Part shown: positions 56,205 to 64,000 of the stretch, one piece after another
Layout of the letters: every line of letters begins with the position of its first letter
Position numbering within the stretch: the stretch's first letter is position 1
Sequence record: NC_018855.1
Direction: 5' to 3' (one strand)
Source of the DNA: Escherichia phage HX01
DNA length: 64,000 bases
The notes under the pieces: generated by a model
Database searches by the model: none
What the model was told of the DNA's origin: nothing
The model's input: only the letters and a program-made list of their open reading frames with translations
Translations under genes and position numbers: made by a program

Positions 56205-57313
56205 TAGAAAGTCCCCGCATAAAGTGAAGAACGGTTTAATGTAATAATTTCTCGCATTGTTATCTCTAACGTAAATGTTGATGGTAAGTTAGGAGCAATA
56301 GCGAGACCATTAAATTGACCATTTGGAGTTTTATCAAAACGTACGCTTTGAATTTGGCATGGGCCAAATACGTCAGTTAATCCATCAAATTTAGACGTAT
56401 AACCAAAGTTTTTAACCATCCAAATTGTAGGGTTGCTTACAACTAATACGTTTGTTAATGACGCAGTAATCTTTTCAAACAATGTCTTATTTTTTACTGC
56501 ATCATCCGGCGTCATAGGCTCAATAAACGTTGAACGGTACCATTCGTCTAAATAACTTTTAATCTCTTGGGCGTACTGTGATTTACCGGTCTCACCATAT
56601 GAGAAATAGTTAAAATACTGGTAAATGTTTATAATAGCCATAAGGTCTTCAGTTGAACGTGGAGTTAAATCCCATGTAAAGACTTTAGTACGGTTCTCAG
56701 CACCGCCATACATACTACGAGAAGTCGTATAAATCTGTTCATTATTATCAGCCATAAGCCCTTGAGTAATAGAATCTAATGCACCAAAAACTGCAGTAGA
56801 AGCAATGTTACTTAAAACACCCGTAGCAGTACCTCCACCTTTAGTAATAAGGCTATCACCGATATCATTAAAACGATGTGAAGTTGTATCAACGTCAGAT
56901 TTGGAACGTGGCAAAAGTATATTAGCAACAGGAGTTTTATTTATAGTAGGTTTATTAGCTCCGGCAGGAAGCAACCCATTAGAGAATTTAGTCACTGCAT
57001 CTTTCACATTATCAGTTAAATCTGATATGATACCATTAGATGAAGTGCCGGCGTATGCCGGACGTAAATTCCTGAGGGATCCTGAATCGCGTGCAGACAT
57101 ATTGTACGCGGTAAATAATAATCCATTCTTATAAAGGTCTGTTACCTGGAAGTCTCCTGCGGAGTCATTTCCGGCTGCTCTTCCTGTAGGAAATTGAGCA
57201 ACGTAAGTTTTAGTAGTTGTTTCGGTTTTAGTGCTTTGCCCAGCACTTTCTGAGACTGGGATTGCTTTATTTAAATCCTTTGCATCTACTACTATTTCTT
57301 TTACACTAATCAT
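56204..57313 (-). CDS. 48: gp48 baseplate tail-tube cap
   Basis: 369 aa (T4 364 aa), synteny 29-48-54. Confidence 0.9.
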   Translation of the reverse strand: MISVKEIVVDAKDLNKAIPVSESAGQSTKTETTTKTYVAQFPTGRAAGNDSAGDFQVTDLYKNGLLFTAYNMSARDSGSLRNLRPAYAGTSSNGIISDLTDNVKDAVTKFSNGLLPAGANKPTINKTPVANILLPRSKSDVDTTSHRFNDIGDSLITKGGGTATGVLSNIASTAVFGALDSITQGLMADNNEQIYTTSRSMYGGAENRTKVFTWDLTPRSTEDLMAIINIYQYFNYFSYGETGKSQYAQEIKSYLDEWYRSTFIEPMTPDDAVKNKTLFEKITASLTNVLVVSNPTIWMVKNFGYTSKFDGLTDVFGPCQIQSVRFDKTPNGQFNGLAIAPNLPSTFTLEITMREIITLNRSSLYAGTF

Positions 57314-57321
57314 AATAATCC

Positions 57322-59094
57322 TTAATTAACACCGGTGGCATGGAAAATTCCAGGAGCCGTTGTACTTGTTACAGGGGTCATATTCTGGACTACGGTATTC
57401 TTTTTGACGACATTATTTGTGTTACTAATCGCCGCTACCGGTTGCTGTTGTTTAGATTCAGAAGCACGTCCTTTCTCTATTGACTGAACTTGTTTTGCTT
57501 CCGGAGATTTAGTCGAAGATTCAGGCTTAACTGTTGTCTGAGCCTTTTTGGCTTCAGCCATTTTATTATTTAGCTTTTCAAATCTAGCATCTAATTCCTT
57601 TTTAACAACAGGAGTTTTATTAAGTTCAGGGTCTTTAATAAGTTTACTTAAATCGGCATAAGACTTCTCGACGTTTTTAGCATTTTCCGGATTAGTCATA
57701 TCGATTTTATCGATATAATCCTCAAATCTAACTAGTGCCGCACGAGTTTCATTAGCTTTTATATACGCCTCTTTACGCTCCTCTTCAGGTAACTCTTTTA
57801 ATTTTGCCGATTCCGCAGCACGCTCATCGCTTGTACTAAACTCTTCTTTATTGTCATTACCACGAACCCAGTTGGTAACGAATGTTTTGCCGCGTTGTAA
57901 CATATCAAGACCTTTAGAAACGGTTCCTAATTCCCCATCATCACGCTTCATTTGATATTTAGCGACTTTCTCTTGGTCTTCTTTCTTTAATTTGTTCCCA
58001 GTAGTTTCTTGGAATCCTTCCAAAGCACGTCCTTCTATTTCATCCGCGGTATCACCAAAACCTATAGCACGCAATATAGACGCGGAGAGTTTAGCCATTC
58101 CTAATTGAATTAGTTCACCTAAGTTCATTAATGCTGTTCCTACACCTTTGACAATAGCAACGGTTAAACCACCCCAGTCTCCAGCTTCCCACAATTGTTT
58201 TATAGAGTCAATGGAAGTGAATATATCACTTAAGAATTTACCCCACTCTTTAGCTTCATCGGAGAATTTAGTAAAGTTTTCATCAAATAAATCCCAGGCA
58301 GAAGTGAACTTGTCTGTCCAATATTTGAAATGGACTATCAATAAATCAATACCGATAACAATACCAAGAATAAGTGCGGCCATTTTTGCTGCTTCAATAG
58401 CAGCCGTTATAGTGTATTTGAAAAGCATTCCAGCAATTCTGTCCGAAATTGATATTGATTTATTAAACCCGGCTTGAACTGTTTTGGTGAGCATTGCAAT
58501 TTTATCGCTCAATTTAAAGCTAATTCCGCCTTTAGAATCAGAAGTAGAATTAGCACTTTCTTGAACCGGGGCTGGGAAGAAATCTTCGTCTGGCTTATTA
58601 TCAATCTTTTCAGGTGTAGGTAATGCTTTAAACAGCTCATCATAAGTTTCATTCTCAACCACTTTAACAGGTATTGCGTTCTCAATTACTTCAAGAGAGG
58701 TGCCTCCTGTATTTTGAATAGCGGTAGATGTTTGTAATTTTTGCTCTAATAATGTAGCTAATCGGTCTAACTTGGAGCTTATTGCACTAGAAACTTCGTT
58801 TATACTTTTAGTGACTTCAGTTTGTTTTTCAATAACTTCTGCGATAAGCTCTGTGCCTTCAGCAGTATTATCTGTCGAATTCTTTAAGTCTCCAATTGAT
58901 TCAATAATTCCATTGCCTTTATCTTCTACACTTTGTGATGTGAGTTCAGACGCGGCTTGGACATCGTCTAGTTTTGATGAAATATCATTCAATGCTTCTA
59001 ATGAATCAGTAGCTGCTGTTGCAGCTACTTTTTGTGGTTTATTATCGGCAATGACCTTATTTCTACGCATGGATTTCATTTCTTCAGGTTTCAT
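57322..59094 (-). CDS. 29: gp29 tail tape-measure/baseplate hub protein
   Basis: 590 aa (T4 590 aa), synteny. Confidence 0.9.
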   Translation of the reverse strand: MKPEEMKSMRRNKVIADNKPQKVAATAATDSLEALNDISSKLDDVQAASELTSQSVEDKGNGIIESIGDLKNSTDNTAEGTELIAEVIEKQTEVTKSINEVSSAISSKLDRLATLLEQKLQTSTAIQNTGGTSLEVIENAIPVKVVENETYDELFKALPTPEKIDNKPDEDFFPAPVQESANSTSDSKGGISFKLSDKIAMLTKTVQAGFNKSISISDRIAGMLFKYTITAAIEAAKMAALILGIVIGIDLLIVHFKYWTDKFTSAWDLFDENFTKFSDEAKEWGKFLSDIFTSIDSIKQLWEAGDWGGLTVAIVKGVGTALMNLGELIQLGMAKLSASILRAIGFGDTADEIEGRALEGFQETTGNKLKKEDQEKVAKYQMKRDDGELGTVSKGLDMLQRGKTFVTNWVRGNDNKEEFSTSDERAAESAKLKELPEEERKEAYIKANETRAALVRFEDYIDKIDMTNPENAKNVEKSYADLSKLIKDPELNKTPVVKKELDARFEKLNNKMAEAKKAQTTVKPESSTKSPEAKQVQSIEKGRASESKQQQPVAAISNTNNVVKKNTVVQNMTPVTSTTAPGIFHATGVN

Positions 59095-59624
59095 TCAAGC
59101 AATCCAATAATTTCTGCTATACCCTTAATAGGACCATTAGGGCCTGGAATAGCAATAGTTGTCGAAAGGTCTTCTGCCCATTTGATTACAAAAGCAGGCA
59201 TCTCAAGGAAAGAAATTTCTTTCTCTTCGTCATTAACTTTTATTAAGCAATTTGATAGCATTTCACTGATTGTAGCGAATTGTTCAAATTTGCCTGGGGG
59301 TCTAAAATAAAAAGTATTACCTTGAAATTGGAATTCTGTTCGTTGGCATACATAGACGTCATCTAGTTTATAAGTGAATCCATCTTTTTCAACTTCAGAC
59401 TTAAGTTTGTTATTAAATTCCAATATGTGTAGACATGCAAAATCAAAATCCGCTGGACTCATATTTTTACAAATAGAATCAGCTAAGATTTTCATGTTTT
59501 CGTCAGGGCCTTTAACGTCCTTTAAAAGATTATAATGTTTGAGCCCTAATTTGGGAATCATTACCTTTTTATTAGACTGTGGTAGAATTATTTTCTTTAG
59601 AGGTAGAATCAGATTTAAGTTCAT
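59091..59624 (-). CDS. 28: gp28 baseplate hub distal subunit
   Basis: 177 aa (T4 177 aa); overlaps 3-prime end of gene 27 by about 50 nt, start not certain. Confidence 0.82.
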   Translation of the reverse strand: MNLNLILPLKKIILPQSNKKVMIPKLGLKHYNLLKDVKGPDENMKILADSICKNMSPADFDFACLHILEFNNKLKSEVEKDGFTYKLDDVYVCQRTEFQFQGNTFYFRPPGKFEQFATISEMLSNCLIKVNDEEKEISFLEMPAFVIKWAEDLSTTIAIPGPNGPIKGIAEIIGLLE

Positions 59625-60744
59625 TTTTAACCTTAACTGGGTTAACAGGTTCTAACACCATTGAGTTGGTAAACATGTACAGATGAGTTTGTGAGTTGTT
59701 ATTTGATAACTCATGAATAACTTCATCCACGTAAAATTCGGATTTGAATTGGTTCTTTTGGTCAACAAATATAATTTTAGTAGCAGGCGTTATGTTAAAA
59801 TTACCTGTAGTAGTGCATTTAGCATATCCGTCATATTGAGCCATTGTCTGAAGACGACTTGCTTCTTCAAATCCATTACGATAGGTCATTTCGGAATATC
59901 CACCTGATCTTGACACAAGAATAGCATTATCACCATCACCTGTAACAATAACCGGAATAGATGTATCTAAAAATGAATGAGCGAATATCGTGGCGTTTTT
60001 AATAGGGTCTCTTGTAAATTGGTTAGCTTTAGTCATCCAGGTGAAATCCCATACTAATGGATACTCAAGCTCTTGAATATACTGACCTACAGTATTTGGC
60101 TCGCCTACAATCATCTTAATGCCTTCCTGACCAATAAGAGTATCATAGTCAATCATGTTTACGCCTAAAATATCTTGCCATACGAATACGAACTTATCAC
60201 TCGCTGTAGCAAGTCCTAATTCTCTGACATATGCCAAATAATCATCAAACGTGCTTGTCCAAGGAATATCAGGAACATAAGCATTAATAGTGTTTATTGG
60301 CGGAGTAATTAACGTACGGTCTTTATATATGACACCTAACATTTCACGTATAGATTCTCCTGCGTCTGAGAAGAATGGTCGCCCAAATTTAAGATTCTCT
60401 ATAGAATGTATTGTTCCAAGCTCAATTGCAATAATATTGTCACCTTTTGAGTCTACAGACACAGAATAATGTCTACATCCGTAAATTCGAGTTCTAACTT
60501 GGAGAGGTGTGTTTGAATTTGAAACAGAGATTTGGACTATCTGTCTACCATCCATTTTAGTGTGGATGTTTTTAGTGTCATAAAATTGAAGAATCCCTTC
60601 ATTTCTTCCATATAGTGAATCTCGCATGGTTAAAGTTGTTATTGTTGCGGCGAGTTCAACGTATCTATTTTCTTGCCAAGCCGAATAATCTTGATATAAT
60701 TTAACGCTTAAGTTAGGATATCCTGGACGTTGGAATACTGTCAT
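59572..60744 (-). CDS. 27: gp27 baseplate hub subunit
   Basis: 390 aa (T4 391 aa), synteny. Confidence 0.9.
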   Translation of the reverse strand: MTVFQRPGYPNLSVKLYQDYSAWQENRYVELAATITTLTMRDSLYGRNEGILQFYDTKNIHTKMDGRQIVQISVSNSNTPLQVRTRIYGCRHYSVSVDSKGDNIIAIELGTIHSIENLKFGRPFFSDAGESIREMLGVIYKDRTLITPPINTINAYVPDIPWTSTFDDYLAYVRELGLATASDKFVFVWQDILGVNMIDYDTLIGQEGIKMIVGEPNTVGQYIQELEYPLVWDFTWMTKANQFTRDPIKNATIFAHSFLDTSIPVIVTGDGDNAILVSRSGGYSEMTYRNGFEEASRLQTMAQYDGYAKCTTTGNFNITPATKIIFVDQKNQFKSEFYVDEVIHELSNNNSQTHLYMFTNSMVLEPVNPVKVKNELKSDSTSKENNSTTV

Positions 60745-61493
60745 TTTTTATGGTCCTTTTCTACTAATGTTAAAGCAATACCACGTTCAACAGGAATCAT
60801 TTGCATAATAGAATCCAATGTGTATTGACTCTTTACTAGTGAATGGTTTATCTGATAGAATGTAAAAATCTCATCAGGGTTAACTAACAATTTAAAAACC
60901 TCTAAGATATCAGTATATGTTTTAACATGACGTTCACAACAACCTAATCTAAGGGTCAAATTAATAGGGTTCATAGAAGCAATAACCTTCTCGAGAGAGT
61001 CAATGTCTATTGCTTCTATTACTTGGATTTGGTTCTCTTCAGTCAAATCATTCCATGGGTACCATTCATCATTATAATATATTTCTTTTATGTTTTCACT
61101 TATCATTAATGCTTTATTATCATAAAACTTTTCAGGGAAAGAAAAACGTATTTTTATACCAGCAACATCAAGTTCAGGTTCGACTAGTTCTTTTTGATAT
61201 ATCTCAAATGGTGCAGTTTTTTCTTTAGAGCATTTAGGGCAAGTGAAAATAACGGGAACTTTTGTTTTGCCTATAGAGCCTGCAAAAACTTGCAGGAATA
61301 TAAATGGTTGCCATGTTTTAGGGTACTCGCCAAAATAATCATCAATCAGATCGGCAATTATTTCTTTTTGTTCTTGTGGCGAACGATGTTCGATATCATT
61401 TCTAACTAGTAAAAAGTCTCTATAATCCGCCACGGTGAACGGCTTGAAACGATGAACACCATCCGGTAATTTACAACGAATTATATTAGCCAT
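60741..61493 (-). CDS. 51: gp51 baseplate hub assembly catalyst
   Basis: 250 aa (T4 249 aa), divergent from gene 26. Confidence 0.88.
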   Translation of the reverse strand: MANIIRCKLPDGVHRFKPFTVADYRDFLLVRNDIEHRSPQEQKEIIADLIDDYFGEYPKTWQPFIFLQVFAGSIGKTKVPVIFTCPKCSKEKTAPFEIYQKELVEPELDVAGIKIRFSFPEKFYDNKALMISENIKEIYYNDEWYPWNDLTEENQIQVIEAIDIDSLEKVIASMNPINLTLRLGCCERHVKTYTDILEVFKLLVNPDEIFTFYQINHSLVKSQYTLDSIMQMIPVERGIALTLVEKDHKK

Positions 61494-61510
61494 AATTACT
61501 CCTTTTCTAT

Positions 61511-61522
61511 TATTTATAAATA
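61511..61522. promoter_or_regulatory. Overlapping divergent late promoters for genes 51 (-) and 26 (+)
   Basis: TATTTATAAATA reads TATAAATA on both strands. Confidence 0.6.
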
Positions 61523-61540
61523 CACAATAAAGGAGTTAAC

Positions 61541-62167
61541 ATGTACAAATATACGTTTACCGTACGTTTAGGCGATAAAGAAGTGAATTGTAGAGCCTTT
61601 ACTTTAAAAGAATATTTAGGACTCATAGGTGCGCGGGCTACCGGTACTATTGAATCAGCAGTGAACAATATTATCACTAATTGCTCTAACGCTAAAAACT
61701 TGACTAAACAAGAAGCCGAGTTATTGTTGGTAAATCTATGGGCACATTCGTTAGGTGAAGTGAATCAAGAACACACCTGGAATTGTTCCTGTGGGCATTC
61801 ATTTCAAGTCTATATGAATTTATTGCACACTCAATTGGATGAACAGGCCGACCCCTGGTATTCGTTTAATGGTATTAAAATTAAGTTCCGACAACCTAAA
61901 TTATTTGACGATAAAAATATCGCATTAATGATTGCTTCATGTATTGAGGCCGTTTTTGTCAATGGAGAGTCCATCCCTGTTGAAGATTTAACTGAAGCAG
62001 AAATAAACGACCTTTACGGCCTTATAACAGAAGATGACATGATCAATATTAAAAATCTTTTGGTATCGCCATCAATTTATCTGGCAACCCCTATTAAATG
62101 TCCCAAATGTGGGGCGTCACACGTTCACACAATACGAGGCCTCAAAGAATTCTTTGAGTTACTATAA
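61541..62167 (+). CDS. 26: gp26 baseplate hub subunit
   Basis: 208 aa (T4 208 aa). Confidence 0.88.
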   Translation: MYKYTFTVRLGDKEVNCRAFTLKEYLGLIGARATGTIESAVNNIITNCSNAKNLTKQEAELLLVNLWAHSLGEVNQEHTWNCSCGHSFQVYMNLLHTQLDEQADPWYSFNGIKIKFRQPKLFDDKNIALMIASCIEAVFVNGESIPVEDLTEAEINDLYGLITEDDMINIKNLLVSPSIYLATPIKCPKCGASHVHTIRGLKEFFELL

Positions 62168-62565
62168 TGTCTAATATCAATAAACTTTATTCAGATATCG
62201 ACCCAGAAATGCGTATGGATTGGAACAAGGACGTTGCTCGTTCTGTAGGACTTCGTTCTATTAAAAATAGTCTTCTTGGCATAGTGACAACTAGAAAAGG
62301 CTCACGCCCCTTCGACCCTGAATTTGGATGCGATTTGGTCGACGAACTTTTCGAGAACATGACACCACTTACAGCCGATACGATTGAGCGTAATATCCAG
62401 GCAGCCGTCCGTAACTATGAGCCGCGCATCGACAAACTTTCTGTAAGTGTAACGCCAGTATATGATGACTATACAGTTATAGTAGAGATTAGATTTTCGG
62501 TCGTAGATAACCCTGATGATATCGAACAAATCAAACTTCAGTTAGCATCAAGCAATAGAGTGTAA
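62167..62565 (+). CDS. 25: gp25 baseplate wedge/sheath initiator
   Basis: 132 aa; MSNINKLYSDIDPEMRMDWNKDVARSVGLRSIKNSLLGIVTTRKGSRPFDPEFGCDL... matches T4 gp25. Confidence 0.93.
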   Translation: MSNINKLYSDIDPEMRMDWNKDVARSVGLRSIKNSLLGIVTTRKGSRPFDPEFGCDLVDELFENMTPLTADTIERNIQAAVRNYEPRIDKLSVSVTPVYDDYTVIVEIRFSVVDNPDDIEQIKLQLASSNRV

Positions 62566-62645
62566 TGCTTCAAGGCAACCTATGTATAATGGTTTTAGGT
62601 CCTTCCGATACAGCCGGGAGATTATTAGTTAAAAGAGAGAATATT

Positions 62646-63059
62646 ATGAAGCTGGAAGATTTACAGGAAGAGTTAGACGCAGACTTAGCTATTGATACGA
62701 CAAAGTTGCAATATGAGACGGCGAATAATGTTAAGTTATACAGCAAATGGCTACGTAAGCACTCATTTATTCGTAAAGAAATGTTGCGTATAGAGACTCA
62801 GAAGAAAACTGCTCTAAAAGCAAGATTAGACTACTACTCGGGACGAGGTGACGGTGATGAATTCAGTATGGACCGATACGAGAAATCTGAAATGAAAACT
62901 GTCCTGGCTGCAGATAAAGATGTGCTTAAAATAGAGACTACTTTACAATACTGGGGAATTTTACTTGAGTTCTGTAGTGGTGCACTTGACGCAGTTAAGT
63001 CTCGTAGTTTTGCACTTAAACATATCCAGGATATGCGAGAATTTGAAGCGGGGCAATAA
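62646..63059 (+). CDS. uvsY: UvsY recombination mediator
   Basis: ORF track 62565-63059; start moved to MKLEDLQEEL (137 aa as T4 UvsY), RBS AAAGAGAGA. Confidence 0.92.
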   Translation: MKLEDLQEELDADLAIDTTKLQYETANNVKLYSKWLRKHSFIRKEMLRIETQKKTALKARLDYYSGRGDGDEFSMDRYEKSEMKTVLAADKDVLKIETTLQYWGILLEFCSGALDAVKSRSFALKHIQDMREFEAGQ

Positions 63060-63283
63060 TGCGTTATTCAATTGAAGATGCCTTTAATAATGATGAAGAA
63101 TTTGAAACTGAAATTAAATTCTTAATGGAAAAGTATCGTCTGCGTCGCCAGGATATTCGTATTCTGGCAGACCATCCTTGTGGCGAAGACGTCCTTTATA
63201 TTAAAGGGAAGTTTGCCGGGTACATCGACGAGTATTTTTATACAAAAGATATGGGTATCGATATGTGCATGCGAATGGTATAA
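63059..63283 (+). CDS. Hypothetical protein (uvsY.-1 position)
   Basis: 74 aa, TAATG overlap with uvsY. Confidence 0.6.
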   Translation: MRYSIEDAFNNDEEFETEIKFLMEKYRLRRQDIRILADHPCGEDVLYIKGKFAGYIDEYFYTKDMGIDMCMRMV

Positions 63284-63286
63284 ATA
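63279..63286 (+). promoter_or_regulatory. Possible late promoter (TATAAATA) upstream of uvsY.-2
   Basis: TATAAATA overlapping the stop of the uvsY.-1 ORF. Confidence 0.35.
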
Positions 63287-63315
63287 GATATGTAATTTCA
63301 ACTTAGGAGGCAATC

Positions 63316-63483
63316 ATGTCAGATAAGATTTGTGTTGTCTGTAAAACTCCAATCGATTCTGCATTGGTTGTTGAAACAGACAAAGGTCCAGCACATCCTG
63401 GTCCTTGTTATAATTATGTCCAACAATTACCGGTTTCAGAAAGTTCAGAAGAGCAATTGAACGAAACCCAACTTTTACTATAG
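63316..63483 (+). CDS. Hypothetical Cys-containing small protein (uvsY.-2 position)
   Basis: 55 aa, below ORF-track cutoff; RBS AGGAGG 6 nt upstream; followed by terminator. Confidence 0.5.
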   Translation: MSDKICVVCKTPIDSALVVETDKGPAHPGPCYNYVQQLPVSESSEEQLNETQLLL

Positions 63484-63507
63484 TGTTACCTTTTTTGCCT
63501 ATGGTTT

Positions 63508-63538
63508 TGGCCCTTCCAAAAAGGTCGGGCCTTTTTTA
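63508..63538 (+). terminator. Terminator after uvsY operon
   Basis: GGCCC...GGGCC hairpin followed by TTTTTT. Confidence 0.55.
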
Positions 63539-63539
63539 A

Positions 63540-63773
63540 TTAGAAGTCTTCTTCCTCATCCTCATCATCGTCGCCTTCAAGTTCGGCACGCTTACCTGCT
63601 AAGGCATCCCTGACAGAAATATCATCTGTATCTTTTAATTCCGTTTCTTTTATACGTTTCTTATAATAAGCTTCCAATTCTTCAAGCCCTTCTAAGGTAT
63701 GACAACTAGCAATTTTACCCATGAATTCGTCAATAGATGCTTCGTATAAAAATTGTTTAAATTCAAGTACCAT
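63540..63773 (-). CDS. uvsW.1: UvsW.1-like small acidic protein
   Basis: 77 aa with acidic C-terminal tail; position next to uvsW as in T4. Confidence 0.6.
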   Translation of the reverse strand: MVLEFKQFLYEASIDEFMGKIASCHTLEGLEELEAYYKKRIKETELKDTDDISVRDALAGKRAELEGDDDEDEEEDF

Positions 63774-63798
63774 TTTTATCTCCTAAGGGCCGAAGCCC

Positions 63799-64000
63799 TT
63801 ATAAATTAATTGTTTTCATTACATAGTTAAATTTCTCATCAGCGTAACGTTGGATACGATCAATACCGTGTTTTAACAAGTAATTAAGATGAGTATACTT
63901 CTTTTTAGTATTTAATGATTTAGGTTTTACACCTGCGTCATCGATTAGATCCCAAACTGTGGCAACAGCTTTAGAACCATGCTTACGAAGCACGCGACCT
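63799..64000 (-). CDS. uvsW: UvsW helicase, C-terminal fragment (continues beyond window end)
   Basis: Stop at 63799 and frame open to window edge; position consistent with T4 uvsW; identity inferred from synteny only. Confidence 0.5.
   Translation of the reverse strand, partial: GRVLRKHGSKAVATVWDLIDDAGVKPKSLNTKKKYTHLNYLLKHGIDRIQRYADEKFNYVMKTINL

Overview
This window reads as a contiguous segment of a T4-like (Tevenvirinae, Escherichia-type) myovirus genome, in reverse orientation to the standard T4 map. Gene order runs dda(partial)-dexA-39-rIIA-rIIB-ndd-52-motA-asiA on the + strand, then t-38-37-36-35-34 on the - strand (holin and long tail fibre), then rnh-dsbA-33-59-32-frd-td-nrdA-nrdB-denA-rnlA-alc-spanins-pseT-cd-31-rIII-30-alt on +, then the baseplate/tail genes 54-48-29-28-27-51 on -, and 26-25-uvsY on +, ending in uvsW.1 and a partial uvsW on -. 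All identifications rest on ORF-track translations compared with T4 proteins recalled from memory plus synteny; no database search was run. Regulatory punctuation is dense: about 20 GTTTAC/TATAAT early-type promoters (many with an inverted repeat flanking the -10), MotA-box middle promoters, TATAAATA late promoters and a family of UUCG-loop GC hairpin terminators. The most notable departures from canonical T4 are (1) a complete, catalytically intact DAHP-synthase homolog between pseT and cd, (2) a GT-B-type glycosyltransferase-like gene between gene 39 and rIIA, a candidate DNA hypermodification enzyme, (3) a free-standing GIY-YIG homing endonuclease abutting gene 39, (4) a contiguous gene 39 with no gene 60 split and intron-less td and nrdB, and (5) a NADAR-like ORF beside a HAD hydrolase near alt. 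No tRNA, rRNA or CRISPR features were recognised.
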